A DNA stretch of 64,000 nucleotides from Tubiluchus corallicola (GCA_030141605.1 JAQGDQ010000545.1:1-64000); one strand, 5' to 3'; counted from the stretch's first letter, positions 25,981-39,259 are shown. Notes: a model not told the origin generated them from the letters alone. A program made the numbers and translations.

Positions 25981-26739
25981 TCTGCTACATTTTGATTTGT
26001 TACTTTGCTGAATTTTTTAATATTTTTGAAACATTTTGCTAGCTTTACTACCATTATTTTGCATTCGTAAAAGCATAGTATGTGAGAAACGAAAAACTCA
26101 GTAATTTGCACGCCCTGAACTGTGGCGCCATGTTGGCACAACGAAAGGTGAAATTAGAGAAACTCAGAAGTTCGTAAAAGCCTCTATAAATTTGAATTCG
26201 CTTGAAATTGTCAGCACGGGAAAATTTTATGCTGGCTGATAATTTTAGGGCATTTTACAGATTTTTCATACTTCCAAGCCACACGTTTGAAGCTACGAAG
26301 ACTTTGTGTAACATTTAGCAGCGTTGCTTCAGAATGCTTATGGGTCAGTGTGCTTAAGTAAACACTTAGATTTCTCGTGTTTGCTTATTCAAATTCAGAA
26401 CTAGAAAAGGAAAGGCCCCAGCTTCATTGGTACAGCTCAATGAGAGCACGCCTGTCAACAGATCCAACAGATTAAGAAAAATGACATCAGAACAGCATGT
26501 GATGTTTTTTGGTGCATCCACTCGAGGGGTAGGGGGCCTCGTACTGTTTATTACTATTTTGCAAATCAAACTTACATCTTACATCGCTTATAAAATGTTT
26601 AGTGTATAAAGCACAATAAAAAACTACATACATTTTGATACTTGTGAAGACAACACATGGCATTTACATCACACCAGGAATAACTTTGTCGTGCAACAAA
26701 ATTCAACTAAAGCAGTCTCGGTCTACGTCGATTCTTGTC

Positions 26740-26806
26740 AATAAGCCTTTTCACAGTTTCGTTGTGCGCAGGCGCAGTTGCTGTAGGTCAAGGTTTAAGT
26801 GTAATT
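26740..26806 (+). mobile_element. MITE family A terminal fragment
   Basis: aataagccttttcacagtttc TIR plus subterminal sequence. Confidence 0.7.
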
Positions 26807-26844
26807 TAAATGACAGTAACAATGTTTTGCTTTTCAATAATTAG

Positions 26845-27135
26845 AATCTTCTTCAGCGGGCTCAGACTCGGAGATAGAAGTTTCTTTCTCAATCGGCTTG
26901 CCATTGAACTTTTTTCTGTATTTTGCTATGATTTTCTACAACACTGGGTACAGTTGAGTTGTATTCCATTTGCTGTCCACATCCAGTGCCGAGTCAGGCA
27001 TATCATTGCCTGTCTAGCAAAAGTCATGCCGTGTTTGTCTTGTTGAGCATTTACTGCTTGTACAGAGTCGACTGCCAGATTGTACAATCCTTTATTCCAT
27101 GTGTTCAAGACCTGTGCTGCGCAGTGCAACACAGA
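26845..27135 (-). pseudogene. Frameshifted transposase-like C-terminal fragment
   Basis: DKHGMTFARQAMI / ALDVDSKWNTTQLYPVL*KIIAKYRKKFNGKP resembles a recalled invertebrate DDE-transposase C-terminus; one frameshift and one stop. Confidence 0.5.
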
Positions 27136-27236
27136 CTAATTTAATACCGGAAAAAGACGAAAAAGGGCACTTTAAAATGAGTCTGTGTGGGATTATTTTT
27201 CCACACAGACTAATTACACTAAACAGTGCAGCTTAC

Positions 27237-27367
27237 CTCCAAAGTTTGGTCGTAACCGGTAGTCGTATCCCAGGAGAAGACCATTTATTATGGCTGTAAC
27301 ATTTTCCTGCTGTACTGACGTCAGCAATTCATCCATGAAGCCACGTTGGCCGGAGCCGAGATAAAAT
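27237..27367 (-). CDS. Lcch3: LCCH3/GABA-A beta-like exon 2: FYLGSGQRGFMDELLTSVQQENVTAIINGLLLGYDYRLRPNFG
   Basis: ttcttcttctag acceptor, GTAAGC donor, 131 nt, phase 2/1; N.T..I..LL.GYD.RLRPNFG Cys-loop N-terminal helix motif. Confidence 0.9.
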
Positions 27368-27442
27368 CTAGAAGAAGAAAAACCAAGCTAATGATCAAAT
27401 GGTAAATGAAACTAATCATGAACGACATGAGAAACTTGACAG

Positions 27443-27987
27443 TTAAAGGAAAGGTCAAACCTTCTGGAAAGTTAAGCTTATTTCTATGTTCGCAAAATGT
27501 TAGAAGGATTTAGTGACAAAGTTGCAATAGGCGCCTCGTGTAATTAGTAAAATCGTTTTAAAGTCGCGATCACTTAATGCTTGAGCGCTATCATTTACAA
27601 TGCCCATTTTTCTTCCAATGACGTCATTCGTTGATTGAAGAAAAGTAGTACATTGTCAATCTTCATCAAACGTATAATAAGCTTTTACAGAAAAATTACA
27701 TAGCTAATCTTGTAGTATTTTTGCGTGAGCATTAAGTAAACTGCAGAAATTTGAATTAATTTAAGCAGCATGCGCTAAACCCACAATACTCTCACGAAAA
27801 ATCACGTTATAATTTCCAAGTGAATGGCGGCAACCACCACACCTGGAATTTTTTATTTAAAGGTAGTATATTTTAGATTTATGCTTTATAGAATGTTTTT
27901 TGCAAATTTCTTTGTTATATTTTTCTACGTTTAAGTGATAACAGTAAAATAAACCCAACATACTAAGTGACTTGTTCTTTCCTTTAA
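27443..27987 (+). mobile_element. MITE family B (Kolobok-like: TTAA TSD, AGGAAAG termini)
   Basis: ttaaaggaaagg ... ttctttcctttaa; five copies in the window. Confidence 0.85.
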
Positions 27988-28228
27988 GTTCCTCCATACG
28001 TCTTTACTGAGGTTCCATTTTTATGAAGAGAAATTACTTCTACTAGACTGTCGTGCATTGAAGAACGTTTGAAAAGAATTTCTGCACTTTTAATCCATTT
28101 TTACATTTTAACACGGTCATAAACGATAACGCAGCTGTTATTTATAAGCCCAATTTCCAGATTGTCAGGCAATAAGAATTATTCACTTATCAAATTTTGG
28201 ATACCGCTATAGGTATGCGTGAAGATAC

Positions 28229-28422
28229 TTAAAGGGAAGAAAAGGAAATTTTCAGGTATATCCTAAAAAACTTTCCACGCAAAGTTATATTACTTACCAT
28301 TACGCTTAACTGCTTGAAAAACTTAAGTAACTAGAAAGGGTAATTGTTAGTAATTTAAAATGTTTGCGCTAATTAGTAAAACGTCTCCCTGATCACTGAC
28401 TCACTTTCCCAGTGCAAGCAGG
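28229..28422 (+). mobile_element. MITE family D (TTAA-AGGGAAGAAAAGG), cut by the gap
   Basis: Reverse-complement copy at ~38160-38316. Confidence 0.7.
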
Positions 28423-29003
28423 NNNNNNNNNNNNNNNNNNNNNNNNNNNNNNNNNNNNNNNNNNNNNNNNNNNNNNNNNNNNNNNNNNNNNNNNNNNNNN
28501 NNNNNNNNNNNNNNNNNNNNNNNNNNNNNNNNNNNNNNNNNNNNNNNNNNNNNNNNNNNNNNNNNNNNNNNNNNNNNNNNNNNNNNNNNNNNNNNNNNNN
28601 NNNNNNNNNNNNNNNNNNNNNNNNNNNNNNNNNNNNNNNNNNNNNNNNNNNNNNNNNNNNNNNNNNNNNNNNNNNNNNNNNNNNNNNNNNNNNNNNNNNN
28701 NNNNNNNNNNNNNNNNNNNNNNNNNNNNNNNNNNNNNNNNNNNNNNNNNNNNNNNNNNNNNNNNNNNNNNNNNNNNNNNNNNNNNNNNNNNNNNNNNNNN
28801 NNNNNNNNNNNNNNNNNNNNNNNNNNNNNNNNNNNNNNNNNNNNNNNNNNNNNNNNNNNNNNNNNNNNNNNNNNNNNNNNNNNNNNNNNNNNNNNNNNNN
28901 NNNNNNNNNNNNNNNNNNNNNNNNNNNNNNNNNNNNNNNNNNNNNNNNNNNNNNNNNNNNNNNNNNNNNNNNNNNNNNNNNNNNNNNNNNNNNNNNNNNN
29001 NNN
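28423..29003. other. Assembly gap (N run)
   Basis: Ns. Confidence 1.
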
Positions 29004-29892
29004 TTCTCATTCGCTACGAACGAACAGTTTTGTGTGCTCTTATGTTTTACCACATTCGCTAGGAAAGAACTGTTTTGAGTGCTCTTATGTCTTATCACAT
29101 TCGCTAGGAAAGAACCGTTTTGTGTGCTCTTATGTTTTATCACATTCGCTAGGAAAAAACTGTTTTGAGTGCTCTTATGTTTTACCACATTCGCTAGGAA
29201 AGAACTGTTTTGTGTGCTCTTATGTTTTATCACATTCGCTAGGAAAGAACTGTTCTGTGTGCTCTTATGTTTTATCACATTCGCTAGGAAAGAACTGTTT
29301 TGTGTGCTCTTATGTTTTATCACATTCGCTAGGAAAGAACTGTTTTGTGTGCTCTTATGTTTTACCACATTCGCTAGGAAAGAACTGTTTTGTGTGTTCT
29401 ATGTTTTAGCACATTCGCTAGGAAAGAACTGTTTTGTGTGCTCTTATGTTTTAGCACATTCGCTAGGAAAGAACTGTTTTGAGTGCTCTTATGTTTTAGC
29501 GCATTCGCTAGGAAAGAACTGTTTGGAGTGCTCTTATGTTTTAACACATTCGCTAGGAAAGAACTGTTTTGAGTGCTCTTATGTTTTAGCACATTCGCTA
29601 GGAAAGAACTGTTTTGTGTGTTCTATGTTTTAGCACATTCGCTAGGAAAGAACTGTTTTGAGTGCTCTATGTTTTAGCACATTCGCTAGGAAGAACTGTT
29701 TTGTGTGTTCTATGTTTTATCACATTTGCTAGGAAAGAACTGTTTTGTGTGCTCTATGTTTTAGCACATTCGCTAGGAAGAACTGTTTTGTGTGTTCTAT
29801 GTTTCAGCACATTTGCTAGGAAAGAACTGTTTTGAGTGCTCTATGTTTTAGCACATTCGCTAGGAAAGAACTGTTTTGAGTGCTCTATGTTT
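29004..29892. repeat. 45-bp minisatellite (cattcgctaggaaagaactgttttgtgtgctcttatgttttatca), ~20 copies
   Basis: Direct reading. Confidence 0.95.
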
Positions 29893-29905
29893 CTTCACAA
29901 CATAG

Positions 29906-30021
29906 GTTCTGCATTTAGAGATGTGGAACTTGTGGTATTGGAATGGAATGGGTTATTCGGAATGAAATACGCATCCTTCCTTACTGAAATAGACATCTGG
30001 AAGGTCACATACAGTTTCTGA
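29906..30021 (+). CDS. Possible exon of unknown gene (SAFRDVELVVLEWNGLFGMKYASFLTEIDIWKVTYSF*)
   Basis: cacaacatag acceptor right after the minisatellite; protein-like open frame; no family recognised. Confidence 0.3.
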
Positions 30022-30047
30022 TCAGACTGCACGTTGCCTAACTTTGT

Positions 30048-30752
30048 TTAACTCCTTCAGGACAATAAGTGTTTGCACTAAGCAGCGATTACACTGTATT
30101 TGATAATTTTTCTAAATTTCTGCTCCTTACACAATAGATTTTCATGCAAAATTATATTAGAAATGTATTTGCTTACTTTAGATAAATTAAAAATCAATTT
30201 TTGGCGAATTAATTGAACAAAGCTTTCAGTAACTGCAGTGTTTGTACTGTAACAATGTACAGTATCCCTTGTGTAAAAATGGCTAACGCGAAAAATTTCA
30301 ACTATCCATACACAACACTCTGATACACTTTGGCCTCGAGTCTACTCTATTTTTCAGGAGAAACTTCTGTTGAAAGATGAAACGACCTTAATTTCTCCTT
30401 GGCTGATCGGTTGGAACTCTGTGCAACCGACAGTTCTCTTGGCCGGTAGCAAGCAGGCGATCAATAAATTAGTGTGTACGATCAAGCAAATGTACACCAG
30501 GCTAAGCTACTCAATAGGCTAAGTTGGGAGTGCCTGAAAAGGGCGTGTTTTTTAACTTTATTCAATTAAATCACTTATAAATGTTTAAACAAATAGCTTG
30601 ATTGGATAGCCAGCATTCTCCTCAATAGAGAATCACGTAATTAGTAATCATTTAGTTATGTCTGTACTCATACAGTAGCACAAAAGTCATAAGTATTATA
30701 AGACCTATTTTTAATGCTGATGTCCTGAAGAGACAGAGAGAGTGACAGTTAA
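30048..30752. mobile_element. piggyBac-like MITE
   Basis: ttaactccttcaggaca ... tgtcctgaagag inverted termini, TTAA near both ends. Confidence 0.5.
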
Positions 30753-31934
30753 TGAACACTCATAGTGAACACTCAGATATCCCCGAGTTTAAGAGAACTG
30801 TGAAAACCAATATTTAGTATAAAACGTAGAGAAAGTCGTCTCGCATTTTATGGAATCCAATTTGAAGAAACTTATGACCAAGATACTCATCCTTTTATCT
30901 TTTCTGGTGTTCTGTATCAGGTTATTGATCGTATAATCATTTCAGGTGCAGCAATTAAAGGTTCGGGTTTCTTTGCCTGAGATATTTGCTTTGTCTTAAT
31001 TGGCAAATAATTAACGGCTGATTAAAATTTATCCCTTACAAATTATAATTTCAACAAGAAAAGTGAAATTTCTCTCCCGTGTAAAAAACCTACTGAATAA
31101 GTTGACGAAATTTAATTAAATTTATAAAAAAGCTCGAAGCATTTTTTAACCACAAATGAATACTCATTATTAGGAGAAAAAGCATTTTTAAGAAGTAAAA
31201 TTGTCAGAGCACTAGAACCTACAGTAAGATATGAATAAGCCAATACGTCATAAACTTGTTTACATAACAGTGATATTGTTTACTTAATGTATGTAATTTT
31301 AATGCTTACTTGATGATCGTATATGTTTGTGTACGTGAAATTATCTCTTTCAGTGCATTTTAATGTTTTTCTAAAATTTAATATATGTCATTTCTACCCT
31401 TATTTTCTCTCTGCCCTCCTCATTCTATTTTAATTAAAATTATGTGTGATATGTGTATATGTGATATGTATATATGTATATGTATATAGTATATATATAT
31501 ATTTGTTACACATGAGTCAAGTAATTGTGCTGTTAGTAGTGTTCTTATTGTCGTGATCGAATTGGTAATTAGTGTTATGCATGTACACTTTGTTATGATT
31601 TTATCTTTGTTTTAAATGCTTGTGTTTTTATGCACTATATTGCACTAGTAGTTCTAATGTATTGCGCGTGACGCATTTGCCAACTAGCAGTGTAAGTTTT
31701 CAGATAGGCAAGCTGAATGATATGATACATTGCAAGAAGTTTATAATCATTTTTATGTCATTATATATTAATGATAATCATTATATAATTTTTATATACA
31801 CGCACGCACGCACTCACTCACCCACGCACCCACACTCACTCACACGCACACACATATCTTAATATATATATATGTATATCTATTTAAGTTGTCACATATA
31901 ATCATGTCATCTCCATTCACCGGCCATCAGCAGT

Positions 31935-32092
31935 AACTCAGCATCTTTATCACACAGTTATTAGGCCTAAGCCTATAGCAAGGTATGGCTTCAGCAACTT
32001 TATCACATAATTATTAGGCCTAAGCCCTACAGCAAGGTGTGGCTTCAGCATCTTTATCAGATAATTATTAATCATATAGCAAGGTGTGGCTA
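31935..32092. repeat. ~55-bp tandem repeat, 3 copies
   Basis: tcagcatctttatcac..ttattaggcctaagcc..agcaaggtgtggct. Confidence 0.8.
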
Positions 32093-32455
32093 TGTACAGT
32101 AATCAACACGACTATAGGTAAACAAGTTTATAGTTTACTGGCCCGTACAAGTTATTATCCATTGATTTCTTTTTCTATTATTGCATCTATGAGCTTCTAC
32201 GTGCCTTAGACTTGTTTATGCAACAGTAAGCTTGTTGGTTATAGTGCAAGCAATAAAAGCTCTACTTACGAAAAGTGCTTTAATTGTACTTACTGAAAGC
32301 ATTTGAGAAGTTGTCTGGAATTTCAATTTTATATTTTATCGTCGAGATTATCTACTAATTATAGAATCATAGAACATTAATTTTGATTGGAATGACACCT
32401 TTTGCACGTTGTTTTGGTTAATTGTAGTTTAAAATACTTAACAATTTAATCAATA

Positions 32456-33053
32456 AGATTAGATTAGATTGGACTGGATTGGATTGGATTGGGCTGGATT
32501 AGATTAGCTTGGCTTGGATTGAATTGGATTGGATTGGATTGGATTGGATTAGATTAGATTAGATTAGATTAGCTTAGCTTAGCTTAGCTTAGCTTAGCTT
32601 AGCTTAGCTTAGCTTAGATTTGATTAGATTAGATTAGATTAGATTGATTAGATTAGATTAGATTAGATTAGATTAGATTAGATTAGATTAGATTAGATTA
32701 GATTAGATTAGATTAGATTAGATTAGATTAGATTAGATTAGATTAGATTAGATTAGATTAGATTAGATTAGATTAGATTAGATTAGATTAGATTAGATTA
32801 GATTAGATTAGATTAGATTAGATTAGATTAGATTAGATTAGATTAGATTAGATTAGATTAGATTAGATTAGATTAGATTAGATTAGATTAGATTAGATTA
32901 GATTAGATTAGATTAGATTAGATTAGATTAGATTAGATTAGATTAGATTAGATTAGATTAGATTAGATTAGATTAGATTAGATTAGATTAGATTAGATTA
33001 GATTAGATTAGATTAGATTAGATTAGATTAGATTAGATTAGATTAGATTAGAT
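32456..33053. repeat. (AGATT)n pentanucleotide array with GGATT and AGCTT blocks
   Basis: Direct reading. Confidence 0.95.
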
Positions 33054-33779
33054 TCTTTATTTTGAAATCTAAGTGATAAAGTTGTCCTAGGTGTTAATTT
33101 TGTAATTTCGTTATTTGTGGTAAAATTACGGGAAGGTACGATTATTCAATGTTCAACCTGTTTTACTGCATTTCCTTCATTGCGGGATTAAATTTGGTTA
33201 TAATAACAAGATGTATTCAAGAGGGGAATCAGAAGATCGGCAATCAATGTAATTACATTATATAATTTTGTTCAGTTGTTATCGTTTAGCACACTGCAGC
33301 TTTTCGACATGAACAAGACTAAGCATTTATACAATTTTAATAAATGCTTTTTTAGTGTGTGGGAAACAAATTCTCTTGTTGTACAATTCTTACAGTTTTT
33401 TCATCCAAAGTATATCATCCTGATGTGAAAATAGATTGTTTTTCAGTAACCAAAGTAGTTTAGGCATAGTATAGGCACGCATTTTTTGATATGGTTTAGA
33501 CAAAGATTTTCTCAAATTGTATTTTTACGAGCCTTTGAGAGCAGTTTGATGAATTATTTTCATATTCTAGAAAATTTCTAGAAACAGAAAGAAAGTTAAT
33601 TTTGTCTTTTTAAATTACATTTTAAATAAAAAAACTCAATTTCTGTTCTTTTGCCAATCAGAGGAATTTATCTGCATGAAAACTAATTAATAATGGCCGC
33701 TAGCACTGCTGCAGGTCTCGGGCAAAGGCTGAAATTTAGAATACAACAACTACAGCTTTGTTATTCCAAATTAGAATTC

Positions 33780-34215
33780 TTATTCTATATTACATGGAGA
33801 AAGTGCTATAGACAAAGATTTTTTTAGCAAAGTACCTTTATCTGTTGTAACAAGGGGTCACCACTTGAAGTTACAGCCCACTCACTGCCGACTTGATTCT
33901 TTTAAAAACTTTTTCTCGAACAGAATAATTAGGATTTGGAATCAACTACCTGAGTCAGTCGGCGGTGCCTACTTGATTTGTGCTTAGAGTAGCAAACTTT
34001 TTAAAAAACGTTTAAAAGATGTAAATCTTATTAATCATTTATCTTTGAACAGGCACCTGTAACTAGGCTAGTCACTTTGTGCTTTTAATCGTAAGATTTT
34101 AACTAGCTATTTTTACCTGTAAAATTTATATCAGTGTTATACATACGCTTTATCCTGGTTTCATATTTCATACTTTCTTGTAAATATTTTTAATATATTT
34201 TTTAATAAAGATTAT
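33780..34215 (+). mobile_element. CR1-type LINE 3' fragment
   Basis: VTRGHHLKLQPTHCRLDSFKNFFSNRIIRIWNQLPESV is the classic CR1 C-terminal motif. Confidence 0.85.
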
Positions 34216-35789
34216 GCATTAAACTAAACGAAACTTTGGTAGTGCGGACTGCACGGAAGATATTGACCGACAGTAAATAACTTTCGGTATCAGTAACCAC
34301 TGAAATGCCATTTATTTATGAAAACAAGTAAGTAAAATTGACAGTAAATCAGTGACTAATTGAACGACTTAAATACCCACCTTTCTAATAAAGCACAGAC
34401 AATTAGTAAAATCCATTTGCTAAGTTTGCAACCCATTTCGTTTGACTAACACAGTTCACCAGCGTACACTATGTTCAAACTGTTTAACCAATGAGTTAAA
34501 ACCTTCTTTTAACATAGAATTATGTTTCACACAAATCAGATTCTTACGATGAAGAACCGCGTCAAGTATAATAAGTGAGCACGTCGGAATCCATGTTCTG
34601 CTGTAATGGCATTCACCCATTGCTATTATCATCATCTCATGGTCTCTAGAGGACCTTAGAAGAGACGGCTTTCATATCACACGAAACACACATAATTCCT
34701 TGATTGGCGGACTTCACCTAAAAGAACCTAATCTCGAAGATTATACAGGCAAATTACCAAAGAAATTCACGTAGGCGAGAAATAATGCCAGCTTTACTGA
34801 AAACGAGAAAATTGATTGGGTTTGTTAGCGCATGCGCGTGAAGGCAATGGCTTCATGCGGTCCTTCATTGATATGCTGGTACGCATGGTGCCTATAAGCC
34901 GCAGCATCCGCCAGAGGGAACCTGGCTTCATTGAGGCAATTCTAAACTAACGAAATGTGCTGCCCTCTTGCGTTGAATTTTCTTATTTCTAGCACCGTGG
35001 AACCCAGCTCGCGTACTTTACAATGCTGACTAATTGTCTAATTCAATCAGTAACTGGCAGCGTGATTCACTCATTGATTCACTCATTGACAGACTGACTG
35101 ACTGACTGACCCTGTGTTTGTTTTATTGGCTGACTAGCTGGCCGGTGTGACTGACTAAAAATAAATTGGTTAGATCAAGGGTTTTCAGCTCTTCTGCATC
35201 CCGTCTTTCTCAATCTTTTTGCCTCATACCAGACTACGCACAAGTCTGCAAATTCCAATACAGGAGCGGACTCAATTCCCGAGTTTTAAAACTTTAAACA
35301 AACAAGTATGGAAGCACTAATGCGCTTAGACCCGGCACGCCCTACATGCTCATTTCTTGAATACTAAACAGTTTTCATAACAAAATCATGGGAACCATGT
35401 ACAGTTCTCACAAAATCGGTTCCATTTTCGCAAATATTTCAAATATGCTCTGTTGGGACAGATCCATATCTGCAACAGAATGAAAAAGAAACATAACGAT
35501 GTAAAACGTATAGGGCAGATTCATTTAACGGGTACATTTCAAGCAAAGTTGATTGGGAAAGTGAAAAATCGGGCTCCATTTCCCACCAGGTTTGCACAAT
35601 GGCCTTTATCGTTATGTAAAATTTCAGTTTCCTACAACGAAAACTGGGGCGTCTGATACCTTTCAAGGAAATGAGGCAACAACAACAACGACGACAGCGA
35701 CAGCAGCAACAGCAACAGGCACATTTTTTGCGCCACTTGATATATGTTCCTTCATCGACGGAACTCGTCAAAGAAATGGTATACTGCGT

Positions 35790-36100
35790 TCAAGAAACAA
35801 CAAATAGAATGAATTTTTAGCAAAAATTGTTTGTGTGGATATCATACTGAAATTATTCACCATTATCTGCTCGATTGCCCTTTGTATATTGCAAGCAGAT
35901 GTCAAATCCATCAAAAACTCTATGATTTATTTACTTCTAATACCGTAGCTGTTAATTTCAATAATTTCAATTCGCAGGATAAAATATCAACTCTTCTATC
36001 TGGTAATACGCAACTGAACCATGAACATAATGCTCTTATACATGTATTCTAATTAGTGCAGAGGTATATTAAGGAGACCAAAAGATTCCGTCGAAGAAAT
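35790..36100 (+). mobile_element. LINE 3' fragment
   Basis: CLCGYHTEIIHHYLLDCPLYIASR..LLSGN motif. Confidence 0.75.
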
Positions 36101-36204
36101 TACTCAAATTTCAGTACTTTAGCAATTTTAATTACTTAGAAATTAGTTAGCACACAGAGTATAATACATTTTGCCAATGTAAAATTCTCTGACGCTTTAT
36201 TGTT

Positions 36205-36598
36205 AATAAACCTTTTCACAGTTCCAGCGATTGATGATGATCGTGAAAAGGTCAAAGGTTAAGTGTACCACACAACGCATTTGTGTGCTCTTGATAACTC
36301 CTCGCAGGTCATGCTATTGTAACAGTAACAGTTTTAACAGCTAGCTAGAACCTTACCTAGTTCATTTTTTCTTGTCCCCAAGCAAGGTCCTGCTAGTAAA
36401 GCACTCTACGCACAGGCTAATGCATAATTAAGTAAAAACCACGTAAAACAATTGACGTTATTGAACTGATCCGGCAGACGATTTTGTTTTACTCACGCGC
36501 ACGTGACGGTTGTGGCTAAGACGCGTTGCTGTGGCACACTTAACCTTTGACCTACAGCAATTGCGCGTGCGCACACAGAAACTGTAGAAGGGCTTATT
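36205..36598 (-). mobile_element. MITE family A, full length
   Basis: Both TIRs; reverse complement of 6336-6731. Confidence 0.85.
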
Positions 36599-36881
36599 AT
36601 TGTAATTTTCGATGTACGTACAATCCTGGGGTACATATCAGTTTTGTTTAGACTGTTCACCTTAGGCTTCATAATACAACAAAAAATATGTTTATAAAAA
36701 ACAAACCACCGTGAAAATTGAAAGAGTCACTTTGCGGGCAATAATAATGTAAGATTTTTTTAAATATTTGTTGAAACTCCTGTACATAGAGGGTGTTCAA
36801 AAAAGAAACACTGTAATAAAGATGTGCAGAAATTTGCTTTGAGTGTTAAAAAAATATGCCCACAAGGAAATGCTTCGAGTG

Positions 36882-37440
36882 TTAAAGGAAAGAATATGTC
36901 ACTCAGTATGTTGGGTTTATTTTACTATTATGACTTAAACTTGAAAAAATATAACAAAGAAATTTGCAAAGAACTGTCTGTAAAGCATATTTTTAAAATA
37001 TACTACCGCTGAATAGAAATTTTCAGGCATGGTGGTTGCCGCCATTCACTTGAAAATCATGACGTAATTGGGAGACTTCGTGACTTTTCGTAAGCGCATC
37101 GTGGCTTTCCGTAAGCTTGCACTGCTTAAACTAGTCCAAACTTCTGCAGCCTAGCTAATGTTCACGCAAAAACGTTACAAAATTAGCTATCTAATTTTTT
37201 TGTAAAAACTCATTATACTTTTGATGAAGATTGACAGTGCGCTACTTTTCTTCAGGGCGAATGACGTCATTGGAAGAAGAATGGGCGTTCAAAATGGGAG
37301 CGGTCAAGCATGAAGTGATCACGACGTTAAAATGATTTTACACGAGGCGCTTTTTGCAGTTTTGTCACTAAATCCTTCTAACATTTTTCGCGAACATTGA
37401 AATAAACCTAACTTGCCAGAAGGTTTGGCCTTTCCTTTAA
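36882..37440 (-). mobile_element. MITE family B, full length
   Basis: TTAA at both ends; reverse complement of 27443-27987. Confidence 0.85.
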
Positions 37441-37840
37441 CAATCACGGCAGCCTTTCAGAAAAATATTTCTCAAAGCGAATTTCTCACATCATTTTACG
37501 TGTTTTTGCGTTATTATTTTTTTCTCCTATTTGTGAAGATTATAACGAGCAAATACAATCTGTGAAAAAATACTAATCATTTTAAAGTTACTTGCGTAAA
37601 TGTACGTATAATCTTATATATCGTGCATTAAATTCTTCCAGTGGTTTATTAAAACATGTAATTTACAATAATCATGTTTTATATGCTCCAAAATTTTTGC
37701 CCATTGGAATGCAATTTTAATGTGCTTTTAATGTATGTCATTTTTGTAAATATTTTAACAATTTCATTTCTAGTTTCTTCTGTAAAATGTAAATTTATGT
37801 TTTTATAACTAGTTTTTTAGTGATTGTCGTGTTTTTATGG

Positions 37841-38316
37841 CTTAAAGCACAAGAAAACCTTCCACTTACATAAATCTTTAAAATTCGTCGTGAAATTCTA
37901 TACCACTTACATACTGCTTTTTGCATACAGGGCTTGCGTCGGTACTAATGCTGTATAAAACATGTAAATTTAAATACCTGCGATGACCGTTAGACGCAGC
38001 CATTTTGACGATAAGTCATTTGCAACACTGAGTAAAGTTTGAAAAAATAATCAGAGCATTCGTAGTGCACACATCACTAACAAAGTAAAATTTTAAATTA
38101 CTGTGTCAATGAGATCAAAAATGTGTTTTTGGTTAGTGAGTTGTGCTCCCTGGAGGTGATCAACAACATTTTACTAATCGGTGAAAACATTTTAAATAAT
38201 TATTAATTTTCTTTTCTAGTTACATAAGTCTCAAGCAGGTAAGCGAAATGCCAGGTAATATAACTTTGCATGGAAAGTTTTTTGGGACATAGTTTAGCAT
38301 TTCCTTTTCTTCCCCT
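37841..38316 (-). mobile_element. MITE family D copy (left boundary uncertain)
   Basis: 38160-38316 is the reverse complement of 28229-28390. Confidence 0.55.
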
Positions 38317-38699
38317 GATTCACGTTGTGTGTATATGACGCTAGGTAATGGCGCCGTCAGAACAGTATTGCAAGAGATTTAAAATGAAAACAAACAAAAA
38401 ATCCTTTGAACGCGAGTATCATATGCATAAAATTGCTGTAAAGTAATATAATTTTTAGGGTGGAAATAAAGGATAAAATAAATTATTAGAATATATTCAG
38501 TTATTGTTTTGATGGTTGCTATAGGTCCTGTGACTCTGACCAAGCCAATATTTGGATCTTCTTGCGCATGTAAGTTGATTCCTTGAGCCTGAAAATCAGT
38601 AACCAACTTAACCCGTTCAGCTAAGGTCACCGAGAATCCTTGACCACTGGCGTAGCGTGACCAGCTGACCAATTCACGTGTTGTTTCTGTTTGTAGATT

Positions 38700-39200
38700 A
38701 ATCAGAATTAAAATATTGACACTAGGTTTCGAATCGCCGCGGACGCTACACGCACACACACACACACACACAGCTCGTGGCTTCAGTATATGCAGCAGCT
38801 GCCCCGTCAGTACCAAGCAGAGCTACACCATCATCACTCTAGCGTTCCCACCAACGCTTGGCCCGATGTTTTTCAATAACAACGAAAACAGCATCAAGGC
38901 AACAGGGCTCAAGTACCGTCAGTTACGCACGGTTTCAAGTTAATCAAACTTACGCAGCGTCCTCAATCAACGAATCAGCATACAACGTTGAGAGAAGCCA
39001 AAAATACTTCAGAACATTGAGTTCTATAAAGGGTTTCTAAAAACAACATGTGTGCAAACGTTTATTTAGTTATTTATTTGTAAAATAAGTGGGACATTCG
39101 CATTAATCATGTAAAACGATTTGCTCTAATCATTCCACTTTCATTTTTGTGTAAAAGTGTTTTATAAAATGAAGAAGACTTAACTGGGATTGGAGAGCTT
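38700..39200 (+). promoter_or_regulatory. Putative promoter/5' UTR of the signal-peptide exon
   Basis: Non-transposon, GC/CpG-richer stretch with a CA run directly upstream of ATG 39201; inference only. Confidence 0.35.
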
Positions 39201-39259
39201 ATGGCCGCGAGGAAATTTCTCTATGCAGTTCTGGTGTTACTGACGCTGTTTTACATTCG
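39201..39259 (+). CDS. First coding exon with signal peptide MAARKFLYAVLVLLTLFYI(R); probable exon 1 of the LCCH3-like gene but on the opposite strand
   Basis: ATG, basic n-region plus hydrophobic core, perfect CG|GTAAGT donor; phase 2 complements the 1-nt overhang of the 27367 exon. Confidence 0.65.

Noticed and set aside
28373-29633. ORFs with X runs and 15-aa repeats
   Set aside because: Span the N gap and the 45-bp minisatellite
30358-30450. Exon-like EKLLLKDETTLISPWLIGW
   Set aside because: Lies inside the piggyBac-like MITE; no recognisable homology
34988-35010. RE1/NRSE-like ctagcaccgtgga
   Set aside because: Only a partial half-site match
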